From a virus: DNA of 64,000 nucleotides. Shown here piece after piece: positions 37,642-47,300 of the stretch. The notes beneath the pieces are model-generated. The model saw only the letters and a list, made by a program, of their open reading frames with translations. It did not search any database and had not been told where the DNA came from. Where the stretch lies: IMG/VR virus record IMGVR_UViG_3300020473_000016; one strand, written 5' to 3'. Each line of letters opens with the position of its first letter. Position 1 is the stretch's first letter. Both the position numbers and the translations under genes were made by a program.

Positions 37642-38583
37642 TTAGTATAACGGAAGTTTGTTCGGAATGGTAGAAATACGGTCAGTTTGTAAACTGGCAT
37701 AGTCCTTGTTGAGTTCACATCCAATATATGATCTACTATACTTCTTAGCAACCATTGCTGTAGTTCCTGAACCCATAAATGGGTCTAATACTACGTCACC
37801 GACCTCTGATCCTGCTAGGATACAAGGTTCTATTAGTTCAGGTGGATAGACTGCAAAGTGAGCACCTTTATAAGGTTTACATGCTACTTTCCATACTGAT
37901 CTCTTATTCCTTTTATCATAGACCATCTTACGAGGTCTTGTAAGACCACTGAATTGATTGTTAGTGTCCTTAGTATTATCCATGTTGATAGGTTTGTTGC
38001 CACCCCAACGCTCACCTACTGCCTGTTCTTTAATTGCTTCGTGATCATAATAATAGTTTCTGTTCTTACTCAATAGAAAGATATACTCATGTGATTTAGT
38101 ACATCTATCCTTAACTGATTCAGGCATTGGATTTGGTTTATGCCATATAATATCTTGTCTAAGATACCAACCGTCTGCTCTCAGTGCAAATGCCAACATC
38201 CAAGGTATACCAATTAGATCCTTTTCTTTTAATCCTTCTAGTTTGTTACCTCGTCTTGCACATTTGTTAGGTAAATCTTGGTTAGTATTGCTAACAGTTT
38301 GTTTAACTAATCCCTGACCTTTACCAGGTCTATAGTTATAATAACTGTCACCAATGTTTAACCACAATGTACCATCATCAGTAAGTACATTTCTTACTTC
38401 TCTAAACACATCTACAAGGTTTTGAATATACTCTTCAGGTGTATCTTCAAGTCCTATTTGTTTACTTTCATCGCCATAATTGCGAAGTCCGTAATAAGGT
38501 GGGGATGTAATACATGTTCTTGCTTTACATTTAAACTGCTTAAGTGTGTCTTTACAATCACCATATAATATCAAATCTTTCAT
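37642..38583 (-). CDS. DNA methyltransferase, beta class (N4-C/N6-A)
   Basis: TSPPYY (motif IV) precedes VLDPFMGSGTT (motif I); RQDIIWHKPNPMPES. Confidence 0.92.
   Translation of the reverse strand: MKDLILYGDCKDTLKQFKCKARTCITSPPYYGLRNYGDESKQIGLEDTPEEYIQNLVDVFREVRNVLTDDGTLWLNIGDSYYNYRPGKGQGLVKQTVSNTNQDLPNKCARRGNKLEGLKEKDLIGIPWMLAFALRADGWYLRQDIIWHKPNPMPESVKDRCTKSHEYIFLLSKNRNYYYDHEAIKEQAVGERWGGNKPINMDNTKDTNNQFSGLTRPRKMVYDKRNKRSVWKVACKPYKGAHFAVYPPELIEPCILAGSEVGDVVLDPFMGSGTTAMVAKKYSRSYIGCELNKDYASLQTDRISTIPNKLPLY
37644..37700 (-). promoter_or_regulatory. Palindrome promoter P13 (inside the MTase 3' end)
   Basis: cggtcagtt-tgta-aactggcat (37679-37700); 29-bp gap; TATACT. Confidence 0.7.
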
Positions 38584-39380
38584 GTTAAAAAGTTATTTAG
38601 TGGTTGAAATTTCTTGAGTCTATTGATACTTTTCTGGACATATTCTTCATGCAATTCTATACCTAAAAAATGACGATTGTAATCTTTACATGATATTGCA
38701 GTTGTTCCACTTCCCATGAATGGATCTAGAACTAAGTCATCAACAAAACTATAGTATTGAATGAGTTTGTCACTCAACTCTTTAGGGTATGGTGCAGGAT
38801 GATCAGAGTTTGTCTCTGGGTGTATATTCCACACGTTACTACGCTCGTATGCGTCGGTGACTTTTGACTTTTCAACTATTTCATTTTTTTGAGATTTTAG
38901 GATTTTATCAATTAAGAAATTTCCTGGTTTTTGGAAAATTAATATAACCTCAGAAACTATATTTGGTTTGTATGCTACTGGTTTACGGTGCTGATAGAAT
39001 CCACCATTGCGATTGATGGCAGCACCTTCAGGTTTAACCCATACTATGTCATCAATATACTTCCACCCCATCTGTTCCATGATGGAGAAGAAGTGGAATG
39101 GTATTGCGAGTCTCTTGCTCTCATGTGCTCGTGACTCTCTTGCTTGAATGACTGGTGATAGATTAACAGCACACATGCGTCCATCAGCAGTCACTCGATA
39201 TACTTCAGTGAATACATTGTGTAAGAACTCAAGGTACTCATCATAAGTTGGCCAAGTTGAGTATGCTCTTGCATTATAATATGGTGGCGAAGTACATGTT
39301 AAATGTACTATACCATCATCAACTTCCTTTAATACCTCTTGTGAATCACCAATTAATAATGTGTCTTCAAATATGCTCAT
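38580..39380 (-). CDS. Second DNA methyltransferase, beta class
   Basis: TSPPYY; HPAPYP; VLDPFMGSGTT. Confidence 0.9.
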   Translation of the reverse strand: MSIFEDTLLIGDSQEVLKEVDDGIVHLTCTSPPYYNARAYSTWPTYDEYLEFLHNVFTEVYRVTADGRMCAVNLSPVIQARESRAHESKRLAIPFHFFSIMEQMGWKYIDDIVWVKPEGAAINRNGGFYQHRKPVAYKPNIVSEVILIFQKPGNFLIDKILKSQKNEIVEKSKVTDAYERSNVWNIHPETNSDHPAPYPKELSDKLIQYYSFVDDLVLDPFMGSGTTAISCKDYNRHFLGIELHEEYVQKSINRLKKFQPLNNFLT

Positions 39381-39781
39381 ACCATTTTACGTGATGATGA
39401 CTTGTTACTGTGACAGTCACCATTTTCTAGTGACTTACGTCCATGACATAATTTACAGTATGTCTTGACGTTCTCTGGTATATTATTATAATGGTTTCCG
39501 TCCAAATGGTCAAGGTCTAATGAGTTTTCAAATCCAGTCCATTCATTTACAGGACACAACCATCCGAGATGACCATCGTGGTTCTCACAATATGTTTTCT
39601 TGTGTCTTGTCACACCAGCAACAGTTCTACCTTTCTTACGTGCAGTAGCACATGTAGAACATTCTGATTTGAATGACCAGTACTTCCACTCTCTTACTTG
39701 CACATTGTTACTACACCCATCATTAACACATGTTGGTAATGTATGTCCTTCAGCGAAGAACTTTTCTTTCATTGCATTCAT
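39377..39781 (-). CDS. Small HNH endonuclease with an N-terminal Cys cluster
   Basis: LDLDHLDGNHYNNIPENVKTYCKLCH; CVNDGC...CSTC. Confidence 0.8.
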   Translation of the reverse strand: MNAMKEKFFAEGHTLPTCVNDGCSNNVQVREWKYWSFKSECSTCATARKKGRTVAGVTRHKKTYCENHDGHLGWLCPVNEWTGFENSLDLDHLDGNHYNNIPENVKTYCKLCHGRKSLENGDCHSNKSSSRKMV

Positions 39782-40110
39782 TGGATGTCTTCGTAACGAC
39801 CCTCTTGTGATTTGTATGTACTTGTATTATCTTCCCTTCTATTCTTGATGTACTTTAATTCACTCCAATTTGATTCATAACATAATAATAATGTATGAAT
39901 AAATTTATGTCTTGGGTTTTTCTCAAACTCACAATATGGTTTGGGTTTAACACCTGTCTCTATAGTAATGTATCTTACTGGTGTAGGAAATCCCTTCTTT
40001 TTTTCTACTGGATCACCTACAAAATATACCCACCCTTCATCTCTCATTATACCTGTCCAAGATTCTCTCTCCCAGACGACGTAATCATCGACACGAGGCA
40101 TGTATGACAT
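39778..40110 (-). CDS. Hypothetical protein
   Basis: ORF track; coupled. Confidence 0.65.
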   Translation of the reverse strand: MSYMPRVDDYVVWERESWTGIMRDEGWVYFVGDPVEKKKGFPTPVRYITIETGVKPKPYCEFEKNPRHKFIHTLLLCYESNWSELKYIKNRREDNTSTYKSQEGRYEDIQ

Positions 40111-40325
40111 TACTCATCCACCTCTTCTACATCATAGTACTCAAATGGTTCACGATTTTGATTCTTTAATTGAGGCAACCTAAACATTTCTTTTAAATCT
40201 TTTAGATCAGCGATCTCTTTACGCAATGCATCAATCTGTGCTTGTAACAAAGAGAAGTTGTGATCGTTATTGTTTTGAGCAATAAGAAAATTCTTAAGAG
40301 TTGCTTTGTATTCTTCTTCAGTCAT
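40110..40325 (-). CDS. Coiled-coil hypothetical protein
   Basis: ORF track. Confidence 0.6.
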   Translation of the reverse strand: MTEEEYKATLKNFLIAQNNNDHNFSLLQAQIDALRKEIADLKDLKEMFRLPQLKNQNREPFEYYDVEEVDE

Positions 40326-40573
40326 CAGTACCTCGTAGGAATATTATTATAAGATGATGTATCAGTGGTATGAGGATTTTTCATACTCTTTACATATTCT
40401 ACCATACTATCTCTGATTGCAAGTAGTTCGTAATAACATTTCTGGTTATGAGCACATGCTCTTAACGCAGGGTCTGGTTTATAAAGAGATTCCAAAAAAA
40501 TAGAGCGAGCACGATCCCATTTCTCATGGGTCGTCTCACCTCCTTCTATTGATCTCTGATCTTTACTAGGCAT
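40325..40573 (-). CDS. Hypothetical protein
   Basis: ORF track. Confidence 0.6.
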   Translation of the reverse strand: MPSKDQRSIEGGETTHEKWDRARSIFLESLYKPDPALRACAHNQKCYYELLAIRDSMVEYVKSMKNPHTTDTSSYNNIPTRY

Positions 40574-40595
40574 AATAATGTTAGTACTGTATTAA

Positions 40596-40778
40596 TTATA
40601 CAGGTTTTTCGACTGGTGTCTCTGTCCCTTGTGACAGTTTATCTAGTGACACTATATCTGGCACTTTCATACCAGTGTTCATTATAATATTTACAACAAA
40701 CGCTTCGAGATATATTAATGATATGTAAATATAATCCTCTCCACTTAGTTCACGAACTCGATCTATCCATGTTTTCAT
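40596..40778 (-). CDS. Hypothetical protein
   Basis: ORF track. Confidence 0.5.
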   Translation of the reverse strand: MKTWIDRVRELSGEDYIYISLIYLEAFVVNIIMNTGMKVPDIVSLDKLSQGTETPVEKPV

Positions 40779-40899
40779 AATCAGGAAGTCCCATAGTTTT
40801 AAATTCTAGCTGAGTCTTAAGGAAGAGGATCTCTTCTCTGAGTTCCTCATTCTCTTTCTCAAGATACTCACAATGTTCTTGGTAGATTATAACACTCAT
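40750..40899 (-). CDS. Coiled-coil micro-protein (49 aa)
   Basis: MSVIIYQEHCEYLEKENEELREEILFLKTQLEFK...; CTAAATA at 40905-40911 immediately upstream. Confidence 0.6.
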   Translation of the reverse strand: MSVIIYQEHCEYLEKENEELREEILFLKTQLEFKTMGLPDYENMDRSSS

Positions 40900-40912
40900 A
40901 AACGTATTTAGA

Positions 40913-41296
40913 TTAATTCGATCCTTTTCTTAATGTATCGTTATCATATTCTATAACACCATCCTGTCTTACAACATAACAGTGATACCAATATGGGTCG
41001 CCAGCAACTCCATCAGTCAGTTCATCACGACGTGGGAAATAGTCTATACAAAACTCAAATGCTAAGTCTGGATCACGAAACTCTATGTATCCATAGTACT
41101 TGCTCTCTAGTATTGTTACTAAATCAGTAGGTACATCTTCGTCATCACGATAGTATGTTATGACTTCTGTCTTGGTTGATGAATCTGCTGCTTCTAGTCT
41201 TGGGTTCTCAAAATATATTGTTGCCCCTGACACTCCAGCAGCGTAGTCTTCGATTTCATCCCATGTAGCAGCGGAGTCAAGGGTCTTTATTTCCAT
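40913..41296 (-). CDS. Acidic hypothetical protein
   Basis: ORF track. Confidence 0.65.
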   Translation of the reverse strand: MEIKTLDSAATWDEIEDYAAGVSGATIYFENPRLEAADSSTKTEVITYYRDDEDVPTDLVTILESKYYGYIEFRDPDLAFEFCIDYFPRRDELTDGVAGDPYWYHCYVVRQDGVIEYDNDTLRKGSN

Positions 41297-41828
41297 CTAT
41301 GGTCTCCGTTTTCTTTAATTTATAAGCAGCACTAACTCTAAGTCCGTAAAAGTCTCTAGTTGTATCCTCTGCCCAGTGTAGTATTTCTGATGGAAAACAT
41401 ATAGCAGATCCTGGTTTAGGAAACACTGCATCAAACCTCCCATCATCTTGTACAAATATTGTTTTGCCTCCCCACATTAAATCCCATTGTGGATTACAAT
41501 AGAGGAGAAATGTATAGTCACTCGCATCTCTATGTATAGAACCATCTAATCCATGAGTATGTCCGTTCATATAATAGTCAAGGATCTCAAACTTAAATGG
41601 TAGCAAGATCTCCATCTTCTCTGGTATATATGTATCAAACATAGCAGTGCCTTTGACATCCATCTTCCAAAACTTCTTGTGTGGAAAATTATGGTCACTT
41701 GTTGCACCAAACTGCCAACGTGGACGACTAGCAATTCGATCCACTTCTAACATCTCATCTCTGTCTAGTATAGTATCAAAAGATAATATGTCAGTTAATT
41801 TAGCAGATCCTTCAAGTTGAAATGTCAT
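41277..41828 (-). CDS. 2OG-Fe(II) oxygenase
   Basis: IHRD...TFLLYCN..W....GG.T...H...R facial-triad pattern. Confidence 0.85.
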   Translation of the reverse strand: MTFQLEGSAKLTDILSFDTILDRDEMLEVDRIASRPRWQFGATSDHNFPHKKFWKMDVKGTAMFDTYIPEKMEILLPFKFEILDYYMNGHTHGLDGSIHRDASDYTFLLYCNPQWDLMWGGKTIFVQDDGRFDAVFPKPGSAICFPSEILHWAEDTTRDFYGLRVSAAYKLKKTETIDGNKDP

Positions 41829-41830
41829 AA

Positions 41831-42484
41831 TTAATCTCTAAAATGTGTGTGGTTTCTCATCATTGCCATACGAAACCAATCTAGTTCGAGGATGTCCTCA
41901 TCATCTAATTGATTTTTATCATATAGTCTTTGATATAATTTATTAAATCTAACGATTGGTTCTCTCATAGATGCATCTTGAATAGCACTCTCCATCCAGA
42001 ATGTTACACATCTACGTTCTCCTTTAGTTATAGGATTAACACCATGTATTTGATTGGTATCATACATGAGTAAATCACCTGGTTTTAATTCATGTAGAGT
42101 CTTATTACCATTCATATCTTTAGTATAATGTTCACCTCCTTCAAAATCATCATTTAGATTCATAACACAAGTATAATCTGTACGTATTCCATACATGTGT
42201 ATGAAATCAACATGATCATTGTAGTGCATACCCTCATTATACTTAAGCATAAGAACTTCTGATGCTTTAGATATTAAATAGAACCCACTAAACTCTCTTA
42301 ACATACGATGAACTTCTACATTCACCATCTGTCTAACAGTCTTATCTGTCTGTTGTAGATTGTGTTTGATCTGTTTATCACTTGGTCCACTAATAGAACC
42401 ATCTTCCCATATACCTTGATCAAATACACTATTTAATTGTAATAATTTATTCTTATCAAAGAAATTATTAAATGTTTCAATCAT
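41831..42484 (-). CDS. 2OG-Fe(II) oxygenase (PKHD-type-like)
   Basis: YNDHVD...FEGGE...HGVNPITKGERRCVTFWMES. Confidence 0.85.
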   Translation of the reverse strand: MIETFNNFFDKNKLLQLNSVFDQGIWEDGSISGPSDKQIKHNLQQTDKTVRQMVNVEVHRMLREFSGFYLISKASEVLMLKYNEGMHYNDHVDFIHMYGIRTDYTCVMNLNDDFEGGEHYTKDMNGNKTLHELKPGDLLMYDTNQIHGVNPITKGERRCVTFWMESAIQDASMREPIVRFNKLYQRLYDKNQLDDEDILELDWFRMAMMRNHTHFRD

Positions 42485-42816
42485 GTAATTCCCATCGTAG
42501 TATTTGGCCTATGACCCATAGCATCTATAACTCTCATATAATTCTGGGATGCAGTTGCAAACTCTCGTTCCATATTAGGCCATACAGCACACATGTTTAC
42601 TATTATATCATATGATATTAAATATTCGGTATCACGAGACCATTTCTTCCATGGTGTGAATGTTAACTTACCATCGTGTTCATCAACAACGAATGGATAT
42701 ACTAATTTGTAACATACTTCTTGCTCAAGTCCATCGACAACTTCGATGTGCTTGGATACATTACAAATCAATTCGTCACCATTTAAGAGAGTGACGAGCA
42801 TAATATTATCTAACAT
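42481..42816 (-). CDS. Hypothetical protein (possible Sm-like fold)
   Basis: LVTLLNGDELICNV...LVYPF...FTPW; fold call is tentative. Confidence 0.55.
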   Translation of the reverse strand: MLDNIMLVTLLNGDELICNVSKHIEVVDGLEQEVCYKLVYPFVVDEHDGKLTFTPWKKWSRDTEYLISYDIIVNMCAVWPNMEREFATASQNYMRVIDAMGHRPNTTMGIT

Positions 42817-42819
42817 AGT

Positions 42820-43692
42820 TTATGTGTTATTTGCTTCGATTGACGCTAGTATTGCTGCGATCTCGTCTTCCACAGTTTCATACTGTGACTGAACATCCGC
42901 AGGTTTGAATACATCTTCAGGATTCTTGATTCTATACTTGTTAGCAATCTCAGTAGTTATCCTTCTTGACCATGTATTCAATGATTTGTCTGGGAATACA
43001 CCAAACTGATCATCTGTTGCTAAGTAATCCTTTGCTTCATTAGGTTTCTTTACTTCCATCACATTATTATCAGCTTCAGATGGTGCTGTTACTTCTAATT
43101 GTTTCCACTTAGCATAATATATTGGATTGTATGGAAACTTAACAACATCTGCTTCTTGACCAGTATAATCTTGAGGTATTGCTCTTAGTTTAGAACGATA
43201 TGTAACCCACTGTGCTTTTGTAGCAGCATCAAGAGCATTATCACTATTTTGTGTCCAATCAGAATCATCTAATAGGAAGTTACGAACCATTCTAATTCCA
43301 TCCCATGATATCTTATTCCACTTACCATACTGTTGATACAATTCATCTTGTATCTCTTCCTGTTCTACATCTTGATACTCAAAATACTTTGCCCTTACAC
43401 CGTCAGCAATTTCTTTTGCTTGTGCATCGGTTGGTTCTTTCCAATCATATGTTACCCACTTCTTCTCGTTACTAACACGATTGTAAGTGAACTTCTTCTT
43501 TTCGCAACCATATGATCCATTATCAAAGTAATTGAAGTATATCAATCTATCATTGTCTGATGTCCAGAATGGAAATAATTGGTTTTGGATATTTGCATTC
43601 CAAAATGCTTCACTTATCACCTGTTGCTTTCCATCAACAGTAATAATGCGTGAAAGAGCATTAATTTGTAGTACTACACGAAATTCTGCCAT
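42820..43692 (-). CDS. Tail fibre assembly chaperone-domain protein
   Basis: RMVRNFLLDDSDWTQ...QWVTYRSKLRAIPQ is the typical tail-assembly chaperone motif; GATAAATA at 43731-43738 upstream. Confidence 0.8.
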   Translation of the reverse strand: MAEFRVVLQINALSRIITVDGKQQVISEAFWNANIQNQLFPFWTSDNDRLIYFNYFDNGSYGCEKKKFTYNRVSNEKKWVTYDWKEPTDAQAKEIADGVRAKYFEYQDVEQEEIQDELYQQYGKWNKISWDGIRMVRNFLLDDSDWTQNSDNALDAATKAQWVTYRSKLRAIPQDYTGQEADVVKFPYNPIYYAKWKQLEVTAPSEADNNVMEVKKPNEAKDYLATDDQFGVFPDKSLNTWSRRITTEIANKYRIKNPEDVFKPADVQSQYETVEDEIAAILASIEANNT

Positions 43693-43696
43693 TGTT

Positions 43697-44314
43697 TTAA
43701 GGGAGTTTAAGATACCATCCTGTCAATATGTATTTATCTTTAGTAAAAACAGTATTGCCACGATGTACATGTGTCATACCAGCAGGCCAAATAACTATTG
43801 TACCTGCCTCTGGTTTAATTCTACGTTTTTGAAACAAAAATTCAGTTTCTGCTTCACCATCTGGCATATCATTTAAGTATACCATCCATGCTAACTCACG
43901 ATTTGCTGCTCTAAAACTAGAGTTTTCATAGTGCCATGTATGGTAACCACCACCAGGCTCTGTCTTTTGTATCTTGAGACCAATAGTACCTAACTTTATC
44001 TTAGATATATGATCGTATTTTATTCTATAATTTTCAAATGCTGTATTTATATACTGATAGAAATGACTAGCAAGACCTACTTTAACATCATCTAATGTAA
44101 ATGCACTATCTTGTCTTCCCATCTTACCTTGTGGGAACTGCTCATGTCCTTGTTGTAATTTATTATTAGCACTAGCAAACTTATCAAACTCTGCTATAGC
44201 ATCAATACATAATTTTTTATTTACAAACTTACGATATACCCCGATGAAATCATCGTATTCACCTGGTGCTTGACTGGGTTCCATAATATATCCATGTTCA
44301 CTACCCAACTCCAT
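43697..44314 (-). CDS. 2OG-Fe(II) oxygenase
   Basis: IQKTEPGGGYHTWHYE...AWMVYLND...THVHRGN...KYILTGW. Confidence 0.88.
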   Translation of the reverse strand: MELGSEHGYIMEPSQAPGEYDDFIGVYRKFVNKKLCIDAIAEFDKFASANNKLQQGHEQFPQGKMGRQDSAFTLDDVKVGLASHFYQYINTAFENYRIKYDHISKIKLGTIGLKIQKTEPGGGYHTWHYENSSFRAANRELAWMVYLNDMPDGEAETEFLFQKRRIKPEAGTIVIWPAGMTHVHRGNTVFTKDKYILTGWYLKLP

Positions 44315-47300
44315 TTAATATGCTCGAATCATATACTTCACTAAATGATACCTCGTAACGAGTGGAATGTCAACCTCTGGTTGCAAACTGGGTGTAACAT
44401 TTAACTTAACAGCAGATGACAGGGTGAATTTACCATCATTCACAGTGATACCAGCAGAGTTTACTGGGTCACCCTGTGGTGCGATAACTTCTTGTATAGA
44501 TTCTATACCTAGATCTAATCTACCTGACTGTGTAGTATATGTTGTTACTTCACCTTCTGCATGTATCATTGATACCTTAGCAATACCATAGTTATCTAAG
44601 TTTTCATTACCTGATGCTGATCTACTCTGTCTTACTTCCATTATTAAATTAGAAACTCTATATGTAGTAGGAATAGCAACATCTACATTTTCCCATGTAG
44701 TAGCACCACCACTGGTTGATATAGTTCCAAACTTAACATAACTACCACCACCATCATTACTACCAAATAGTTCTAATGGTGCAGTAGGTGACTCACCTCC
44801 ATTACTATCATTACCACGTATAACTTCAAATCGTACCGATTCTGTAACTGTACCAGCAGTATTACTACTACTAGCATTATATGTTATAGTTCTAGCCCAA
44901 CGTTCTTGAGGAGTTCCTCTGAATCTTAAATATTTTTGTGTATCTGGAGATACGAAACCACCATTACTTCCACTACCAGTACCACTATCAACATAATCAC
45001 ATCCATCACTAGATCTATCAAATAATCCTACAGTCTGACTAGTACCTGTTGTTGGGTTAGAAGAAGTGAGGACACCATATCCAATACGTCCATCACCATC
45101 TTGGTTACCATTACCAATATACATTGTACCAGAAGGAACACTAGTACCAGAGAGATTGTCTAACATGAAATCAAAATAACATCCTGATCCACCACCACCT
45201 CCACCAGGTCCATACTCTGTAGTATTCTGGTTGGTTGTTATCTTAACGTAACCATCAGTACCATCTATTTCTTGTCCAATATTTACATCACCACCATTAT
45301 TAGCATCACCTTCACTAATAATACTCTGACCTGACACCAATGAAGACTGTCCTCTAGAAGCACCGAAACCTGGTTTAACAGCGTTGGATCCGTTTCCAGC
45401 ACCTCCACCACCACCGATACCAGCACCAGATCCGACACCACCGCCTCCGCCTCCTCCGCCACCACCAGTACAGACGGAGTTGTTACCATTACCACCAGAA
45501 CCAGCGAAGCATCCAGCGACTAATTGAAAAGCATCATTATTAGGATTTGGTTGACCATTCATAGATGATAGTTGTGTGCCATCTCCAGCAGCACCTCCAC
45601 CACCTCCTCCACCAGCACCGATGAGAGGACCAGAACCAATACCAATAGCAGAGGAGCCACCTCCTCCACCTCCTCCTCCACCGCCAGTACCGCTACCGCC
45701 GTTACCACCGTCAGAGAATCCTTTACCACCTGTACCTGGATTTCTACCACTACCAGATGTTCCTTTTTCACCAACCCATATTTGTAAAGATTGTCCTGCA
45801 CCAGCATTTATACTTGCAAGAACATGTTTACCATCTCCACCATCACCAGCATACCAACCAGCACCACCATCACCAGTACCACCTGATCCACCACCAGCAC
45901 CTTTTAATTCAGCATTGACTTGGCTAACAGGATAGTTACTTGGAATACTATATGAAATAGAAGTACCACCAGTATTGGTAGTCCATTCCGAAATTGCATT
46001 CTGTGATCCAGTGAATAAAGTTCTAGATCCATCACCACCTGCACCATTTACAAAGATAGTAGCACCTCCAATACCTCCAGTTGATCCTGCACCACCAGCA
46101 GTACCTGCATTACCTTCAATATAATTGTTGACATTTATTGAAAGACCGCCTGTTAAACTAATAGCATTACCAATATCTGATACAGAAATATTTTGAGTCT
46201 GAACTAAACTACCACCAGAATATACTTCAACCTTTGCAGTACCACCAGCACCACCAGTTCCACCTGTCAGTAAATTCCATTTGCTTGTTGTTCCACCTGT
46301 ACATGTTGTTCTAGAATTAAATATGGTTGCACCAGTATCATTTCTTACTGCATTAAATGCAATACCACATGGGTTACTATCCCAATCATTTTGTGTGGAA
46401 CTGAGATTCTTAATTCTAAATTTTAACTGATTCCAACCAGGAGTAAATGTAGTTGCACCATTGGATTGCCCAACTGTCCAAGTTTTATCTCCTGTCCAAG
46501 GTGTAGATCCAGAGTTTACTGATGATGTTGCGTTACCATGCTGCCAACTTCCATCAGGTCTATACCAATCAAGTTCACACTGACCATCACATGCAAATTC
46601 AATTGTTACACCAGAAGTAGGAAAACCTGCTGGTACTTCAAAAGCAACACCACCTTCTACCCATTGTTCTAAGTAAGGGTCTGTAGAAGTACCTGATGGA
46701 GCAGTAATATAAATTGCATTGTTCAACATAAATGTTGACCACACACTAGCAGCACCAGCAGATATTTGTCCTGATCCTATCGCAACCCAATCTCTTGTTT
46801 GTAATAATTCATCAAAATCATTTCCTCCTTTACCACCACCAGCAATTACTTTATATTGATAACCATTAAGTGTTACTTGATAATAACTATCCAAACCATC
46901 AACACCAGAAATATTAGTAGATGCTCCTAATCCACCTGATCCAGTCATTCTACCAACAATATATTCTACTGGTTCTTGACTAGAAGTAGATGCAGGAATA
47001 GTATAACTACCACCAACATTTTGCTCACTAAACCATTCAGTATCTCCAAACTCAGTACCTGGAATAGTTATTGTTTTACCACCAATAACATAGTTATTAT
47101 CAATATCATAAACTGTAGGTGCTGGTGTAGTAATTGTAGTTGTTGGTTCTGAAGGGAAGTTACCAGCAGCATTATATGCTACTTCAACAATTATAGTTGC
47201 TGCATCGCCATTAGTTGTAATATCAACAGTATTATTTCTTAAAGCATTCCATTTAGATGTGGCTATCTTAACAGTATTATCATCAACCTTAACCACATAC

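Noticed and set aside
27103-37700. The 22-bp repeats as a CRISPR array or integron attC sites
   Set aside because: Copies are degenerate and irregularly spaced with whole genes between them, always tied to -10 boxes; no cas or integrase gene in the window.
27139-37700. The palindrome as an NtcA (GTA-N8-TAC) or CRP (TGTGA-N6-TCACA) site
   Set aside because: Half-site GTGCCAGTT and spacing match neither consensus, despite the CRP-like 22-bp length.
45576-45935. Plus-strand poly-proline ORF and similar antisense ORFs over the structural genes
   Set aside because: Shadows of Gly-rich (GGT/GGA) minus-strand codons; no SD or promoter.
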